Source: an uncultured archaeon (lineage in GTDB: Archaea; Iainarchaeota; Iainarchaeia; Iainarchaeales; 0-14-0-20-30-16). Taken from it: 32,000 bases of DNA. The stretch spans positions 3,832 through 35,831 of the forward strand of contig CAZQQS010000004.1 of NCBI GenBank assembly GCA_964595665.1. The letters are read 5' to 3'. A program made the translations under genes and the position numbers. Below, in pieces: positions 1 through 8,476 of the stretch; position 1 is the stretch's first letter, and every line of letters begins with the position of its first letter. The notes under the pieces are model-generated. The model was given only the letters and a program-made list of their open reading frames with translations, did no database searches and was not told the origin of the DNA.

Positions 1-900
1 TAAACTAATTTGGGGATATTTTAACAATAATTTATTATAAGCATTATAAAATTTTTTTAAATCTTTTGATAGAATATATAAATTATCCATTTTGTCTTTA
101 GATTTAGAAAATGTTGTTTTATAATCTAATATATCACAAATTCTTTTTAAACCCTTCACAAACTCATCATTTTTCATTCGTATTATTATATTACTTGAAT
201 CAATATGACCTTCATCTATAATTATTGCAATCAAAAAACATAATAAATTTTCATGTGACTTTAAAAACAAATCTTCAGGTACTATAGCCGTATCAGATCT
301 AAATGATTTTTCATTTAATTCATATATTTTAAACATCAAATCTGACACCGCTATTGGGAAATAAATTCTAGTGTTATTATCTTTTAAATAATATTTATCA
401 CTATACGCCACTTCCCCAAAAACAGATTCAATCTTTTTTAAATACAATAATTTATATTCTTTATTAAATTGACGATAACCAAAATATAATTGCCTATTCT
501 CTTTAGATTTTACAAGATTTCCATCTCCAATATTATGTGCAATTAGCATATCATAAATTGGAGTTATTTTAATAGGTAATATTGGGTTTTTAATATAGTT
601 CTTTCCTCTCGCAGTTTTATATGCCAAAATATTTTTTTGTAATTCAAATCTGGAAATATTTAATTTATCACAAATTAATAAAATTAATTCTAAATCAATA
701 AAACAAGAATAACTTAATTTTAATCTGCTTTTAAAAGTATTTAAGGGAATTTTTATTTGCGAACCCAATATCTCATACAAGCCTTTTTTGGTTTTGAATT
801 GTCTTTTTATTTCCAAATTTAGATTTTCTAAAAAACTCTTCTTAATACTAATATTTATTTTAGAACCAATTTCCCAAATATTATATAAGGTTTTAAACAT
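1..900 (-). CDS. LAGLIDADG-type homing-endonuclease-like protein, partial (C-terminus outside window)
   Basis: Hand translation gives an uninterrupted frame from ATG (900-898) to the window edge, 300 codons. It is absent from the ORF track because no stop lies in the window. Two LAGLIDADG-like motifs sit about 100 aa apart: YDMLIAHNIGDGNL and LLCFLIAIIIDEGHI. Both have the acidic residue before the Gly. Confidence 0.6.
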   Translation of the reverse strand, partial: MFKTLYNIWEIGSKINISIKKSFLENLNLEIKRQFKTKKGLYEILGSQIKIPLNTFKSRLKLSYSCFIDLELILLICDKLNISRFELQKNILAYKTARGKNYIKNPILPIKITPIYDMLIAHNIGDGNLVKSKENRQLYFGYRQFNKEYKLLYLKKIESVFGEVAYSDKYYLKDNNTRIYFPIAVSDLMFKIYELNEKSFRSDTAIVPEDLFLKSHENLLCFLIAIIIDEGHIDSSNIIIRMKNDEFVKGLKRICDILDYKTTFSKSKDKMDNLYILSKDLKKFYNAYNKLLLKYPQISL

Positions 901-917
901 ATTTTATCATTAAATAA

Positions 918-1223
918 TTAAAAATTATAATTTTGCGCAATCAAATAACAAGCATAACGAATAAGCATATAATCTAGAATGTCTTTTTTGGCACCTTTGG
1001 GCATATCTATCGTTTTGTTGACCTCAACAAAATGATCACTTATATTAAAGCCAGCTGTTTTACAGCTTATTTTTGCCTTATTTAGAACGCTATCAAAATT
1101 TCGCCATTCAGTATACTCTAATAGTTCCTGTAAATCTCTTGCAAACCAAAATTCAACATTATTAATAATTTTTACACAAGACTCAAAAGAACTCGTTAAT
1201 TTGTTAATAAAGCCCTTATCCAT
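918..1223 (-). CDS. DinD / Bro-N-like DNA-damage-inducible protein D family, short (N-terminal domain only)
   Basis: The segments VEFWFARDLQELLEYTEWRNFDSVLNKAKISCKTAGFNISDHFVEV and RYACYLIAQN resemble the N-terminal half of DinD-family proteins. The ORF stops right after the YACYLIAQN segment, where full-length members continue. Confidence 0.55.
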   Translation of the reverse strand: MDKGFINKLTSSFESCVKIINNVEFWFARDLQELLEYTEWRNFDSVLNKAKISCKTAGFNISDHFVEVNKTIDMPKGAKKDILDYMLIRYACYLIAQNYNF

Positions 1224-1297
1224 AATTCCACTTTTTACTATATAAATACTATATATAATTGCAAAAGGTATTAAAATACTTGGGTATTTAAATAATT

Positions 1298-2002
1298 ATG
1301 AATAAAACTTATGCAATTATTTTAGCTGGGGGCTTAGGCTCACGATTAAGACCTTTTACTTATTCAATACCCAAACCTTTAATAAAAGTGCAAAGTAAAC
1401 CAATAATGCAATATGCAATTGAAAATTTAAAGAAAAATGGTATTAATAATATTATTGTCGCATCTGGTTATAAAAGTCATAAAATAGAAGATTATTTTAA
1501 AAATGGAAAAGAATTTAATGTAAAAATAGAATATATTAAAACAGGTCCTTTTGGAACCGGTGGTGCAATAAAAGAATGTGCTGAAAAGTTAAAAAATACC
1601 TTTATTGTTGTAAATGGTGACAATATTGCTAATTATAATTTTAAAGAATTATTAAAAGAACATAAAAAAAATAAAATATTAGCAACATTAGCAATATTTA
1701 AAGTAAAAGATGTTTCTCAATATGGAGTAGTAAATTTAAATAAAAATATTATTACTAAGTTTATTGAAAAACCAAAAACAAAAGTAAAAAGTAATTTAAT
1801 TAATGCAGGAGCATACATTTTAGAACCAAAAATATTGGAATATATTATAAAGAAAAAATGTTCAATAGAAAAAGATGTTTTTGAAAAATTAGCAAAAAAT
1901 AAAGTAATTCAAGGAATAGAACATAAAAAACAATGGTTCCCTACAGATAATTTCGAAAGATATTATATTGCAAATAAAAAACTAAATGTAAAGGATTTTT
2001 AA
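1298..2002 (+). CDS. Sugar-1-phosphate nucleotidyltransferase (NDP-sugar pyrophosphorylase family)
   Basis: The N-terminal signature AIILAGGLGSRLRPFTYSIPKPLIKV matches the GxGxRL...PK motif of the NTP_transferase fold. VVNGDNI and NAGAYIL segments are also present. Confidence 0.8.
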   Translation: MNKTYAIILAGGLGSRLRPFTYSIPKPLIKVQSKPIMQYAIENLKKNGINNIIVASGYKSHKIEDYFKNGKEFNVKIEYIKTGPFGTGGAIKECAEKLKNTFIVVNGDNIANYNFKELLKEHKKNKILATLAIFKVKDVSQYGVVNLNKNIITKFIEKPKTKVKSNLINAGAYILEPKILEYIIKKKCSIEKDVFEKLAKNKVIQGIEHKKQWFPTDNFERYYIANKKLNVKDF

Positions 2003-2035
2003 ATATTATAGAATATATTTTTAATTGGTGATTAT

Positions 2036-4105
2036 ATGGATTTTAACAATATTTTAACTAAAACAAAAACTTTTTTTCAAAATCATTGGAAACACATTTT
2101 AATATTATTATTAATATTTTTTATTGCTTTTGGCATGAGAACTTTAATCTTAAGATACGATTTAATGTTTGAATTTGATAGTTATTGGCATGCAAGAATG
2201 AATGCAGATTGGATTTCTAATGGAGAAAAACCAATAATCGATGATATGGGTACATATCACAATGCAAACAAACATATTGTAAAAACACCTTATGCATATG
2301 TTTTATGGGGTACGGGAGTATTAGTATATAAAATACTTTTTGGTTCAGTTTATAATCAAGAAAATTGGCAATTTTTATTGAGAATGTTACCTGCCTTATA
2401 TGGTGCTTTAGCTTGTTTAGCAATTTATTTATTTTTCAGATGGGCTTACAATTCAAAATTAATTGGATATATTGCTGGATTTGTAAGTGCTGTAATGCCT
2501 GCATTTATTTATAGACAAATGGGTGGATTCTATGAAGAAGATGCTTATGGATTTTTATGGATGGCTTTAGGATTTGCATTTTTTATTAAAGCTTTAAAAG
2601 AACCAGAATTAACAAAAGAAAAGATAATTTATTCTTTGGTTTCAGGAATAATGTTTGCAATAATGGCATTTACTTGGAATGTTTTTGTTATTGTGCCATT
2701 AATTTTAGAAGGAATTTTAATTTTAAATATAATTTGGTTATTAATACAAAAAGTTAATAAAAAGAAGATATATGCTTTTTTAGCTTTGTTTGGAATTGTT
2801 TTTGTAATAACTGCAACAGCAGGAACATTGGCACAAACTAATTGGTTTGGTTATCAATTAAGATATGCTGAAGGTTTTTTAGGAATTACTGATGCGTCAG
2901 TTAATACACAAATTTCTGGAAGTTTTTCTGCAGCAGGAGTTGGAGAAGAATCTATGGGAATAGGTGCTTTTGGACAAAAGTATGGAGTATTTTTAATAGG
3001 ATTATTTTTATATTTAATTTCTTTAGGCTATGCTATTTACAGAAGAAAAGATATGCTAATGACCATTACAACATTTGCTATAGGCATATTAACAATGTAT
3101 TTAGCATACAATAAATTGAAATCAACTTATTGGTTTGGATTAGGAATTTCTTTAATGATAGCTTTTGCAATTGCACAATTTATTATTGCAATTAAAGAAA
3201 AAAAGATTAACGTAAATTGGCAAGTTGTAGGTGTTGCTTTAAGCATATTTTTATTATTAGGTGGAACTGCATCTGGAATTATTTACACCTATAATCACAC
3301 TCCAAATATAATTTCTGAACCTGGATGGAAAGATGCTTTAACGTTCATGCAAAATGATTTGCCCGAAAATTCAAAAGTATTCAATTGGTGGTCTTGGGGG
3401 CACTGGATAACTTTTATGGGACATAAAAGAGCATCAACTGATAACACAAATGGAGATCAACAAGCAAATGGAGATTTTGGAGCATTTATAATTGAAAAGG
3501 ATCTAAATAAATCTTTAGGAATAATAAAAGCCTATGATTCTGATTATATTGTTTTAGGAATGGATTCAACATATGCTTTAAGCACGTATCAAACTTATGC
3601 TAATGCAAAATCTAAAACAAAATATAATTTAAGTGCTTTTACTATTCCATATTATTGTTCACAACAAAATGATCCTATATCAAAAACTACAAAATTCAAT
3701 TGTATTAGCCAAGTATCAATTGGAAATCAAAGATTAACTGCAAGTTTAGATGCTAAACAAATGTTATCAATAGCTACAGAATATACTACTAAACCATCTA
3801 TAGTTTGGCAAAATAAATTACCTGTAATATATTACACAAATAAATATAGAAATATGTTAACTATGGTAGATGTTTCTACAAACGAAACTACAGGCTATAG
3901 ATTATGGTTTAATGATAAAGAATTAAATAAATATTTCAAAAAAATATATGATAATGGTTTCGTTAAAATTTGGGAAGTTCAAAAAGCTTCTTTAAATGAT
4001 ATTCCAATGCACATGTCTGGATTAAATGTAGAAGAAATTGAAGAATGGAATTCTAAATTATATTGGCTAGATGAGAATTATAGTTATAATCAAGTGATAG
4101 AATGA
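2036..4105 (+). CDS. aglB: Archaeal oligosaccharyltransferase, STT3/AglB family (variant WWDYG motif)
   Basis: The protein is polytopic. It has a loop-1 acidic motif FEFDSYWHAR, a second acidic motif GGFYEEDAYGF, and an NWWSWGHWITF motif at the TM/soluble-domain boundary where WWDYG normally sits. GGTGAT Shine-Dalgarno lies upstream. The 3' end overlaps the next gene by 4 bp (ATGA). Confidence 0.7.
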   Translation: MDFNNILTKTKTFFQNHWKHILILLLIFFIAFGMRTLILRYDLMFEFDSYWHARMNADWISNGEKPIIDDMGTYHNANKHIVKTPYAYVLWGTGVLVYKILFGSVYNQENWQFLLRMLPALYGALACLAIYLFFRWAYNSKLIGYIAGFVSAVMPAFIYRQMGGFYEEDAYGFLWMALGFAFFIKALKEPELTKEKIIYSLVSGIMFAIMAFTWNVFVIVPLILEGILILNIIWLLIQKVNKKKIYAFLALFGIVFVITATAGTLAQTNWFGYQLRYAEGFLGITDASVNTQISGSFSAAGVGEESMGIGAFGQKYGVFLIGLFLYLISLGYAIYRRKDMLMTITTFAIGILTMYLAYNKLKSTYWFGLGISLMIAFAIAQFIIAIKEKKINVNWQVVGVALSIFLLLGGTASGIIYTYNHTPNIISEPGWKDALTFMQNDLPENSKVFNWWSWGHWITFMGHKRASTDNTNGDQQANGDFGAFIIEKDLNKSLGIIKAYDSDYIVLGMDSTYALSTYQTYANAKSKTKYNLSAFTIPYYCSQQNDPISKTTKFNCISQVSIGNQRLTASLDAKQMLSIATEYTTKPSIVWQNKLPVIYYTNKYRNMLTMVDVSTNETTGYRLWFNDKELNKYFKKIYDNGFVKIWEVQKASLNDIPMHMSGLNVEEIEEWNSKLYWLDENYSYNQVIE

Positions 4106-5103
4106 AATTATCTTACATAATAATAATTGAAGCAATTGTTGCTTTTTTAATAACTCTATATTTTACTATAAAATATATTAAGATTGCAAAAATGAAAAAC
4201 TTAACTGGAATAGATGTGCATAAAACTGAAAAACCAAGAATTCCTGAAATGGGTGGTTTTGCAATAATATTTGGATTTATTTTTGGAACAGCGATATTAT
4301 ATCCTTTTTTGAACGCACCTTATAATTTTTTTGTTTTAACTGCTACTTTAGTTGTAATTATAAGTGCATTTATTGGGGTATTTGATGATTTAATTAATTT
4401 AAGTCCAATGAAAAAGATTGTTTTATTATTAATTGCTTCTATTCCATTAATAATAACAAGATTAGGAGATTATTCTATTACAATCCCAATTTATGGAAAA
4501 GTATATTTAGGCATATATTTCTCATTAATTATTGTTCCATTATTTGTAACAATATTTGCTAACGCTACAAATTTCTTAGCAGGATATAATGGTTTAGAAG
4601 CAGGATTAGGAATTATTACTATATTCTATTATATTTTAATTGGATTGATTACTAAAAATTATATTATTGTTTTTATTTTAGCTCCATTTTTATTTGCATT
4701 GATTGCATTTTATTTGTTTAACAAATATCCTGCAAAGATATTTCCTGGAGATGTAACAACATTAAGCATTGGTGCAATAATTGCCAGTACTGCAATTATT
4801 AGCAACACAGAATTTACAGCTATATTCTTATGTTTACTTTACTTAATTAATTTTGGTTTATATTGTATTTACACTTTTATTTACTATCCAATTACAAAAA
4901 TGAAAGAATCAAGAATTTCATCAGTAGATAAAAATGGAATATTAGAAAGACAATATTTTTCCAACAAAAAGATACAATGGCAAAAAATGTATTTCCTATT
5001 TGAGCATTGGTTTTATCCTTGCACAGAAAGGAAATTAGTTACAATTTTCTTCACAATCCAATTTGTATTAAATGGAATAGTATTATTGTTTTATGTTTTG
5101 TAA
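4102..5103 (+). CDS. Glycosyltransferase family 4 polyprenyl-phosphate HexNAc-1-phosphate transferase (MraY/WecA/AglH-like)
   Basis: The protein is multi-TM and carries the family motifs FIGVFDDLINL, NATNFLAGYNGLEAG and FPGDVTTLSIGA. It is translationally coupled to aglB. Confidence 0.75.
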   Translation: MKLSYIIIIEAIVAFLITLYFTIKYIKIAKMKNLTGIDVHKTEKPRIPEMGGFAIIFGFIFGTAILYPFLNAPYNFFVLTATLVVIISAFIGVFDDLINLSPMKKIVLLLIASIPLIITRLGDYSITIPIYGKVYLGIYFSLIIVPLFVTIFANATNFLAGYNGLEAGLGIITIFYYILIGLITKNYIIVFILAPFLFALIAFYLFNKYPAKIFPGDVTTLSIGAIIASTAIISNTEFTAIFLCLLYLINFGLYCIYTFIYYPITKMKESRISSVDKNGILERQYFSNKKIQWQKMYFLFEHWFYPCTERKLVTIFFTIQFVLNGIVLLFYVL

Positions 5104-5121
5104 AAACATTTATATACCTTA

Positions 5122-5718
5122 ATGCAATATAATAATAGTGAGATTATGAACGGATATAAAATTGTTTTTTTAATATTAGCAGTAATATTTATTTCTATGT
5201 ACACTTATAACTATTATACTCTTGATGAATCTAAAACTGAGATTAAAACATTAACTACACCAAATAATTGTATTAGTGCTAATGAAATAAATAGTTTTGG
5301 ATCTGTTGAAACAAAAGACTTTACAATAAATATTCCTAATACTTGGAAAGTAAAGACTTTTGAGGGTGCCCAAACAAATAATAGCTTAATATTTGGAATA
5401 AACGAATATGATAATACTGAATTTTTATCTGTTTGGATAGGAGATTACAACAAAACAGCTCACGATTTCCTAATAGATACTTTAAAACCTTTAAGTAACT
5501 ATACAATTACTGAAGAAAAAGAAGTTTCTTCTAATATAGGAATAATAAGAAATATAAAAATTAATTTTAAATCAAACAACGAATATGTACAAGATATGTA
5601 TGTAATTATTAAAAATAACAAAGCATACCTAATTTTAATACGAGCACAAAGCATTAATTATCTAAAATATAGCGAAACTATAAACAAAGTAATTTGTAGT
5701 TTTAATAATAAAAATTAA
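5122..5718 (+). CDS. Hypothetical membrane-anchored protein
   Basis: It has one N-terminal TM helix (IVFLILAVIFISMYTY) and a soluble domain with no motif I recognise. It is the last gene of the glycosylation cluster. The true start may be the internal ATG (MNGYK). Confidence 0.5.
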   Translation: MQYNNSEIMNGYKIVFLILAVIFISMYTYNYYTLDESKTEIKTLTTPNNCISANEINSFGSVETKDFTINIPNTWKVKTFEGAQTNNSLIFGINEYDNTEFLSVWIGDYNKTAHDFLIDTLKPLSNYTITEEKEVSSNIGIIRNIKINFKSNNEYVQDMYVIIKNNKAYLILIRAQSINYLKYSETINKVICSFNNKN

Positions 5719-5738
5719 ATAAAAAATAGAATTAATAA

Positions 5739-6005
5739 AGTGATAAGGGAGAGCATATCTGGAACTGCCAACTGTATATGCTTCCATAAAACTTTAAAAG
5801 ATAAAATCTGTTCCAACGCAACTAATTAACCTTAACTACGCAAGTTGTCACTTTTAAAGCTTTATCACTAAACATGTTGCCATACAATATGGAACTCTTT
5901 GGACCATCCTAGAAATGAATCTAGAATTTTATATAACTTTATAGCAGAACAGAAAAGCAAAGTTATAGGAACCCTTTACCAAACTGAAAGTTTGTTCAGT
6001 GTCTG
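5739..6005 (+). ncRNA. Candidate structured non-coding RNA, class unassigned
   Basis: This is a 310-bp gap between convergent genes in an otherwise compact genome. I counted about 33% GC here. Nested helices are 5739-5748/5860-5869, 5751-5758/5776-5783 and 5792-5800/5851-5859. Further hairpins lie at 5880-5892, 5909-5924, 5932-5967 and 5983-6000. Three G.U pairs favour the + strand. Confidence 0.35.
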
Positions 6006-6028
6006 TTATTTAAAATACAAGAAAAACT

Positions 6029-8413
6029 TTATAAAGGTTTTCTTTTTTTACTAGGACTAAAATCTTTTGATTTTTTCAATTTCTTCTTAGCATTTAACTT
6101 AACAATTAAAACACTTAACAAAACTATTCCTGTAATTAATAATAATGCAAAAACCCCCAAAACAACATATGGAACATAATTTGTGTTAGTAATTGGTTTA
6201 CAAACACAATTTTTTACATCTAAAACCATATCTTCAGGACAGTTTAATAAACAATTTGAACCTCTAATATAATTTGCATCTACCACAGTATTAGAATCCT
6301 CTAATACATCTACATCAGTTATAGGCAAATTTGCATCTGGAGTAGGTAAATTGGTATCTGGAGTTGTAGTTCCAGACCCAGAACTTGGAGGGGTTGTTTT
6401 TGGATCTTTAGGAAGTTCTTTTGGATCTTTAGGATTATTTACTGGTGGCTTTTCCGTTACTATTGGTTTTTGTTTTGCTCCAATTAAATATTCTGATCCA
6501 GAAACTAAATCCGCAATAAACAAATTATTTTTATATTCTGTATTTAATTGCAAATAATTCCCATCTCTATAAACATACAAAGCTACATCGTCAGTAGTTA
6601 AATTATTTGTAGTTAGCCAATCATTAGACAATGAGAAATATAACTCATAATCTTTATTAGATTCAAACAAAAATCCATATGGCAAATCTATATCATAACA
6701 AGAATATGTTTTTTCTATAACTTTACTACAAGTCTTCTTTTCAGCATAAAATGACTTATATGAATCAGTAGTATTTGAAATAATTTTTAATTCTTTTATT
6801 TCCTCTGGCATTTTGTTTCCAATATTCAAAATATATTCTTGTCCTATATCATTTTCTAAATCAAATTCATAAATTTTAGGCATAAATCCATTTTTATATA
6901 AAACTGATAAATAATTATCAAAAATATTCTTTTTAACAATTCCATCTTCAATGTGTTTGTACATATATCTTAAAATAAAAGTAACATTGATGGTGTCAAA
7001 TTTATCATAATAATCTTGAAAAGAATAATCAGACTTTGACTCCAAATATAGTGCATTAGCTTTTACAGGTTTATTCTCAGCATCTCTGAAAGGAAATGAT
7101 ACTATAAAACTCATATCTATAACTCCTGAACCTTCTACAAAAATTTTTTCAGTATCTAAAGGAGTATCAACAACATATGCTGAAGAATTATTTGCACTAA
7201 TTGCTTTAGAATTACATTTACCTTTCAAATTAGAATAAGTTATATTTAATTTAGAATTATCTTTCAAATCAAAACAAATATCTGCAAGTCCATCTATATT
7301 TAAATTTGATAGTAATAACTCAGCATTATTTGAAGTATAAAATTTATAATCAGGCTTGATAGATTTTATATTTAATTTAGAAATATTGAATTTAGAATCT
7401 AAACCATAAATTCCTGTTGCATTATTTACTAAATCATTAGATATAAAATCATTAAATAAAACTTCCTTAGATTTAAACTCAGAATTAACAAAAAACAAAT
7501 CAAAACTATCTTCTGCACTTGATTTTGTTTTTGTGGATAAAAATTTATCTATATCTACTTTACTATAATCTATAGCATTTAATGCAATAGCTCTTTTTTT
7601 ATCTGCAACCACATATCCCATACTTAATAAATCTGATTCTAAAGTAGTATTTTCTAATATAATCCCAAAAGCACTTGAACCATATACTCTTATAATTTCA
7701 GAATTGTTTAAAATTAATTGAGAATTTTTTACAACTAATCCCTTAGCAGGATATAAATTACCTTCAGTTCCAATCATATATACCAATAAATTATTAGAAT
7801 TGAAAGTACTTGAATCTATATTAAAAGCAATAGTATCTTTTTTTCCAACAACATTTTTTATATCTAGATTTTCTGCATTAATTTCAGAATTATAAATACT
7901 TATTCCCTTAGGGGTATTTCCTTTAACACCATCTATTAATACATTTTCAAAATCAACATTTTTAGAATCTACTAACATAATCCCTGCAACAGAATCAGAA
8001 ATATTTGTTATAATTAAATTTTTTAATTCAAAATTAGTTAAATTTGAAGCATAAATACCTATATTTTTAGTATTAACAATATTTAACCCTTCTAAACGAA
8101 CATTTCCACCTAATAAGTAAATTCCTTGGGTACTTCCTGTAATATTAACAACACCCTTACCAATTATTTGGATTCCTTGAGTATTTGGAATTAAAATATC
8201 TTCATTATAACTACCTTCACAAACATAAATTCTTGAACAAACAGAATCATTAGCTAAAGCCTCAGAAATAGTATAATGAGTAAATCCTCTACAATCAGAA
8301 GTATATCCATCATCATGAACATAATAATCTTGCCATTCTAAACAAGCAGAAACAAAAGAACTAAAAAATAAGATAAAAAATACTATATTTAAAGTTTTAA
8401 AAATAAAATTCAA
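6029..8413 (-). CDS. Secreted, C-terminally membrane-anchored surface protein with right-handed parallel beta-helix repeats
   Basis: The N-terminal signal/TM segment is IVFFILFFSSFVSA. PbH1-like repeats follow (GIYLLGGNVRLEGLNIVNT, NIGIYASNLTNFELKNLIITN, AGIMLVDSKNVDFENVLIDG). A Pro/Thr-rich linker (PKDPKELPKDPKTTPPSSGSGTTTPD), a Cys-rich stalk, a C-terminal TM helix and a basic tail complete the protein. It contains at least a dozen N-x-S/T sequons. The start is TTG, preceded by GAGGGTGG. Confidence 0.7.
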   Translation of the reverse strand: MNFIFKTLNIVFFILFFSSFVSACLEWQDYYVHDDGYTSDCRGFTHYTISEALANDSVCSRIYVCEGSYNEDILIPNTQGIQIIGKGVVNITGSTQGIYLLGGNVRLEGLNIVNTKNIGIYASNLTNFELKNLIITNISDSVAGIMLVDSKNVDFENVLIDGVKGNTPKGISIYNSEINAENLDIKNVVGKKDTIAFNIDSSTFNSNNLLVYMIGTEGNLYPAKGLVVKNSQLILNNSEIIRVYGSSAFGIILENTTLESDLLSMGYVVADKKRAIALNAIDYSKVDIDKFLSTKTKSSAEDSFDLFFVNSEFKSKEVLFNDFISNDLVNNATGIYGLDSKFNISKLNIKSIKPDYKFYTSNNAELLLSNLNIDGLADICFDLKDNSKLNITYSNLKGKCNSKAISANNSSAYVVDTPLDTEKIFVEGSGVIDMSFIVSFPFRDAENKPVKANALYLESKSDYSFQDYYDKFDTINVTFILRYMYKHIEDGIVKKNIFDNYLSVLYKNGFMPKIYEFDLENDIGQEYILNIGNKMPEEIKELKIISNTTDSYKSFYAEKKTCSKVIEKTYSCYDIDLPYGFLFESNKDYELYFSLSNDWLTTNNLTTDDVALYVYRDGNYLQLNTEYKNNLFIADLVSGSEYLIGAKQKPIVTEKPPVNNPKDPKELPKDPKTTPPSSGSGTTTPDTNLPTPDANLPITDVDVLEDSNTVVDANYIRGSNCLLNCPEDMVLDVKNCVCKPITNTNYVPYVVLGVFALLLITGIVLLSVLIVKLNAKKKLKKSKDFSPSKKRKPL

Positions 8414-8476
8414 AAAACCACCCTCATAAAAACTACACTAAAATAATATCTAGTCTTTTATAAAGGTTTCTCTTAT

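Noticed and set aside
2217-2423. These tracked ORFs lie antisense to, or out of frame within, larger genes: 2217-2423, 6351-6557, 12460-12687, 13520-13801, 13886-14110, 14861-15088, 17526-17708, 18696-19049, 23703-23891, 24310-24498, 25797-26060, 26187-26384, 26293-26499 and 29482-29670.
   Set aside because: Each is wholly embedded in a longer ORF that has clear family motifs. They have low-complexity F/L/I/K/N-rich compositions, as expected from AT-rich antisense frames, and they lack Shine-Dalgarno motifs. I treat them as spurious.
5739-5869. The 131-nt three-way junction with a terminal helix has 5S rRNA-like size and topology. On the minus strand, AGUUAAGG resembles the 5S GAAGUUAAGC segment.
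   Set aside because: The arm lengths are wrong: about 31 and 68 nt instead of about 50 and 45 nt. The AGUUAAG-like segment sits on the wrong side of its helix. No loop-E-type AGUA/GAA motif is present. The G.U pairs favour the opposite strand. I therefore did not call it an rRNA.
5880-5925. On the minus strand, a hairpin CUAGA-UUCAUU-UCUAG is followed by AGGAUGGUCC. This resembles RNase P P3 plus CR-I (GAGGAAAGUCC). Downstream, ACAGUUGGCAGUU resembles CR-V.
   Set aside because: I could find no complementary P1/P2 strands. The P4 pairing is imperfect, and the CR-V-like segment is sequestered in a strong local hairpin. An SRP helix-8 pattern (GNRA loop flanked by AGCA) could not be fitted on either strand.
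6320-6470. Repetitive KDPKELPKDPK / TTPPSSGSGTTTPD segment, with an antisense ORF in the track.
   Set aside because: This is a Pro/Thr-rich low-complexity stalk inside the surface-protein gene. It is not a tandem DNA repeat element or a separate gene.
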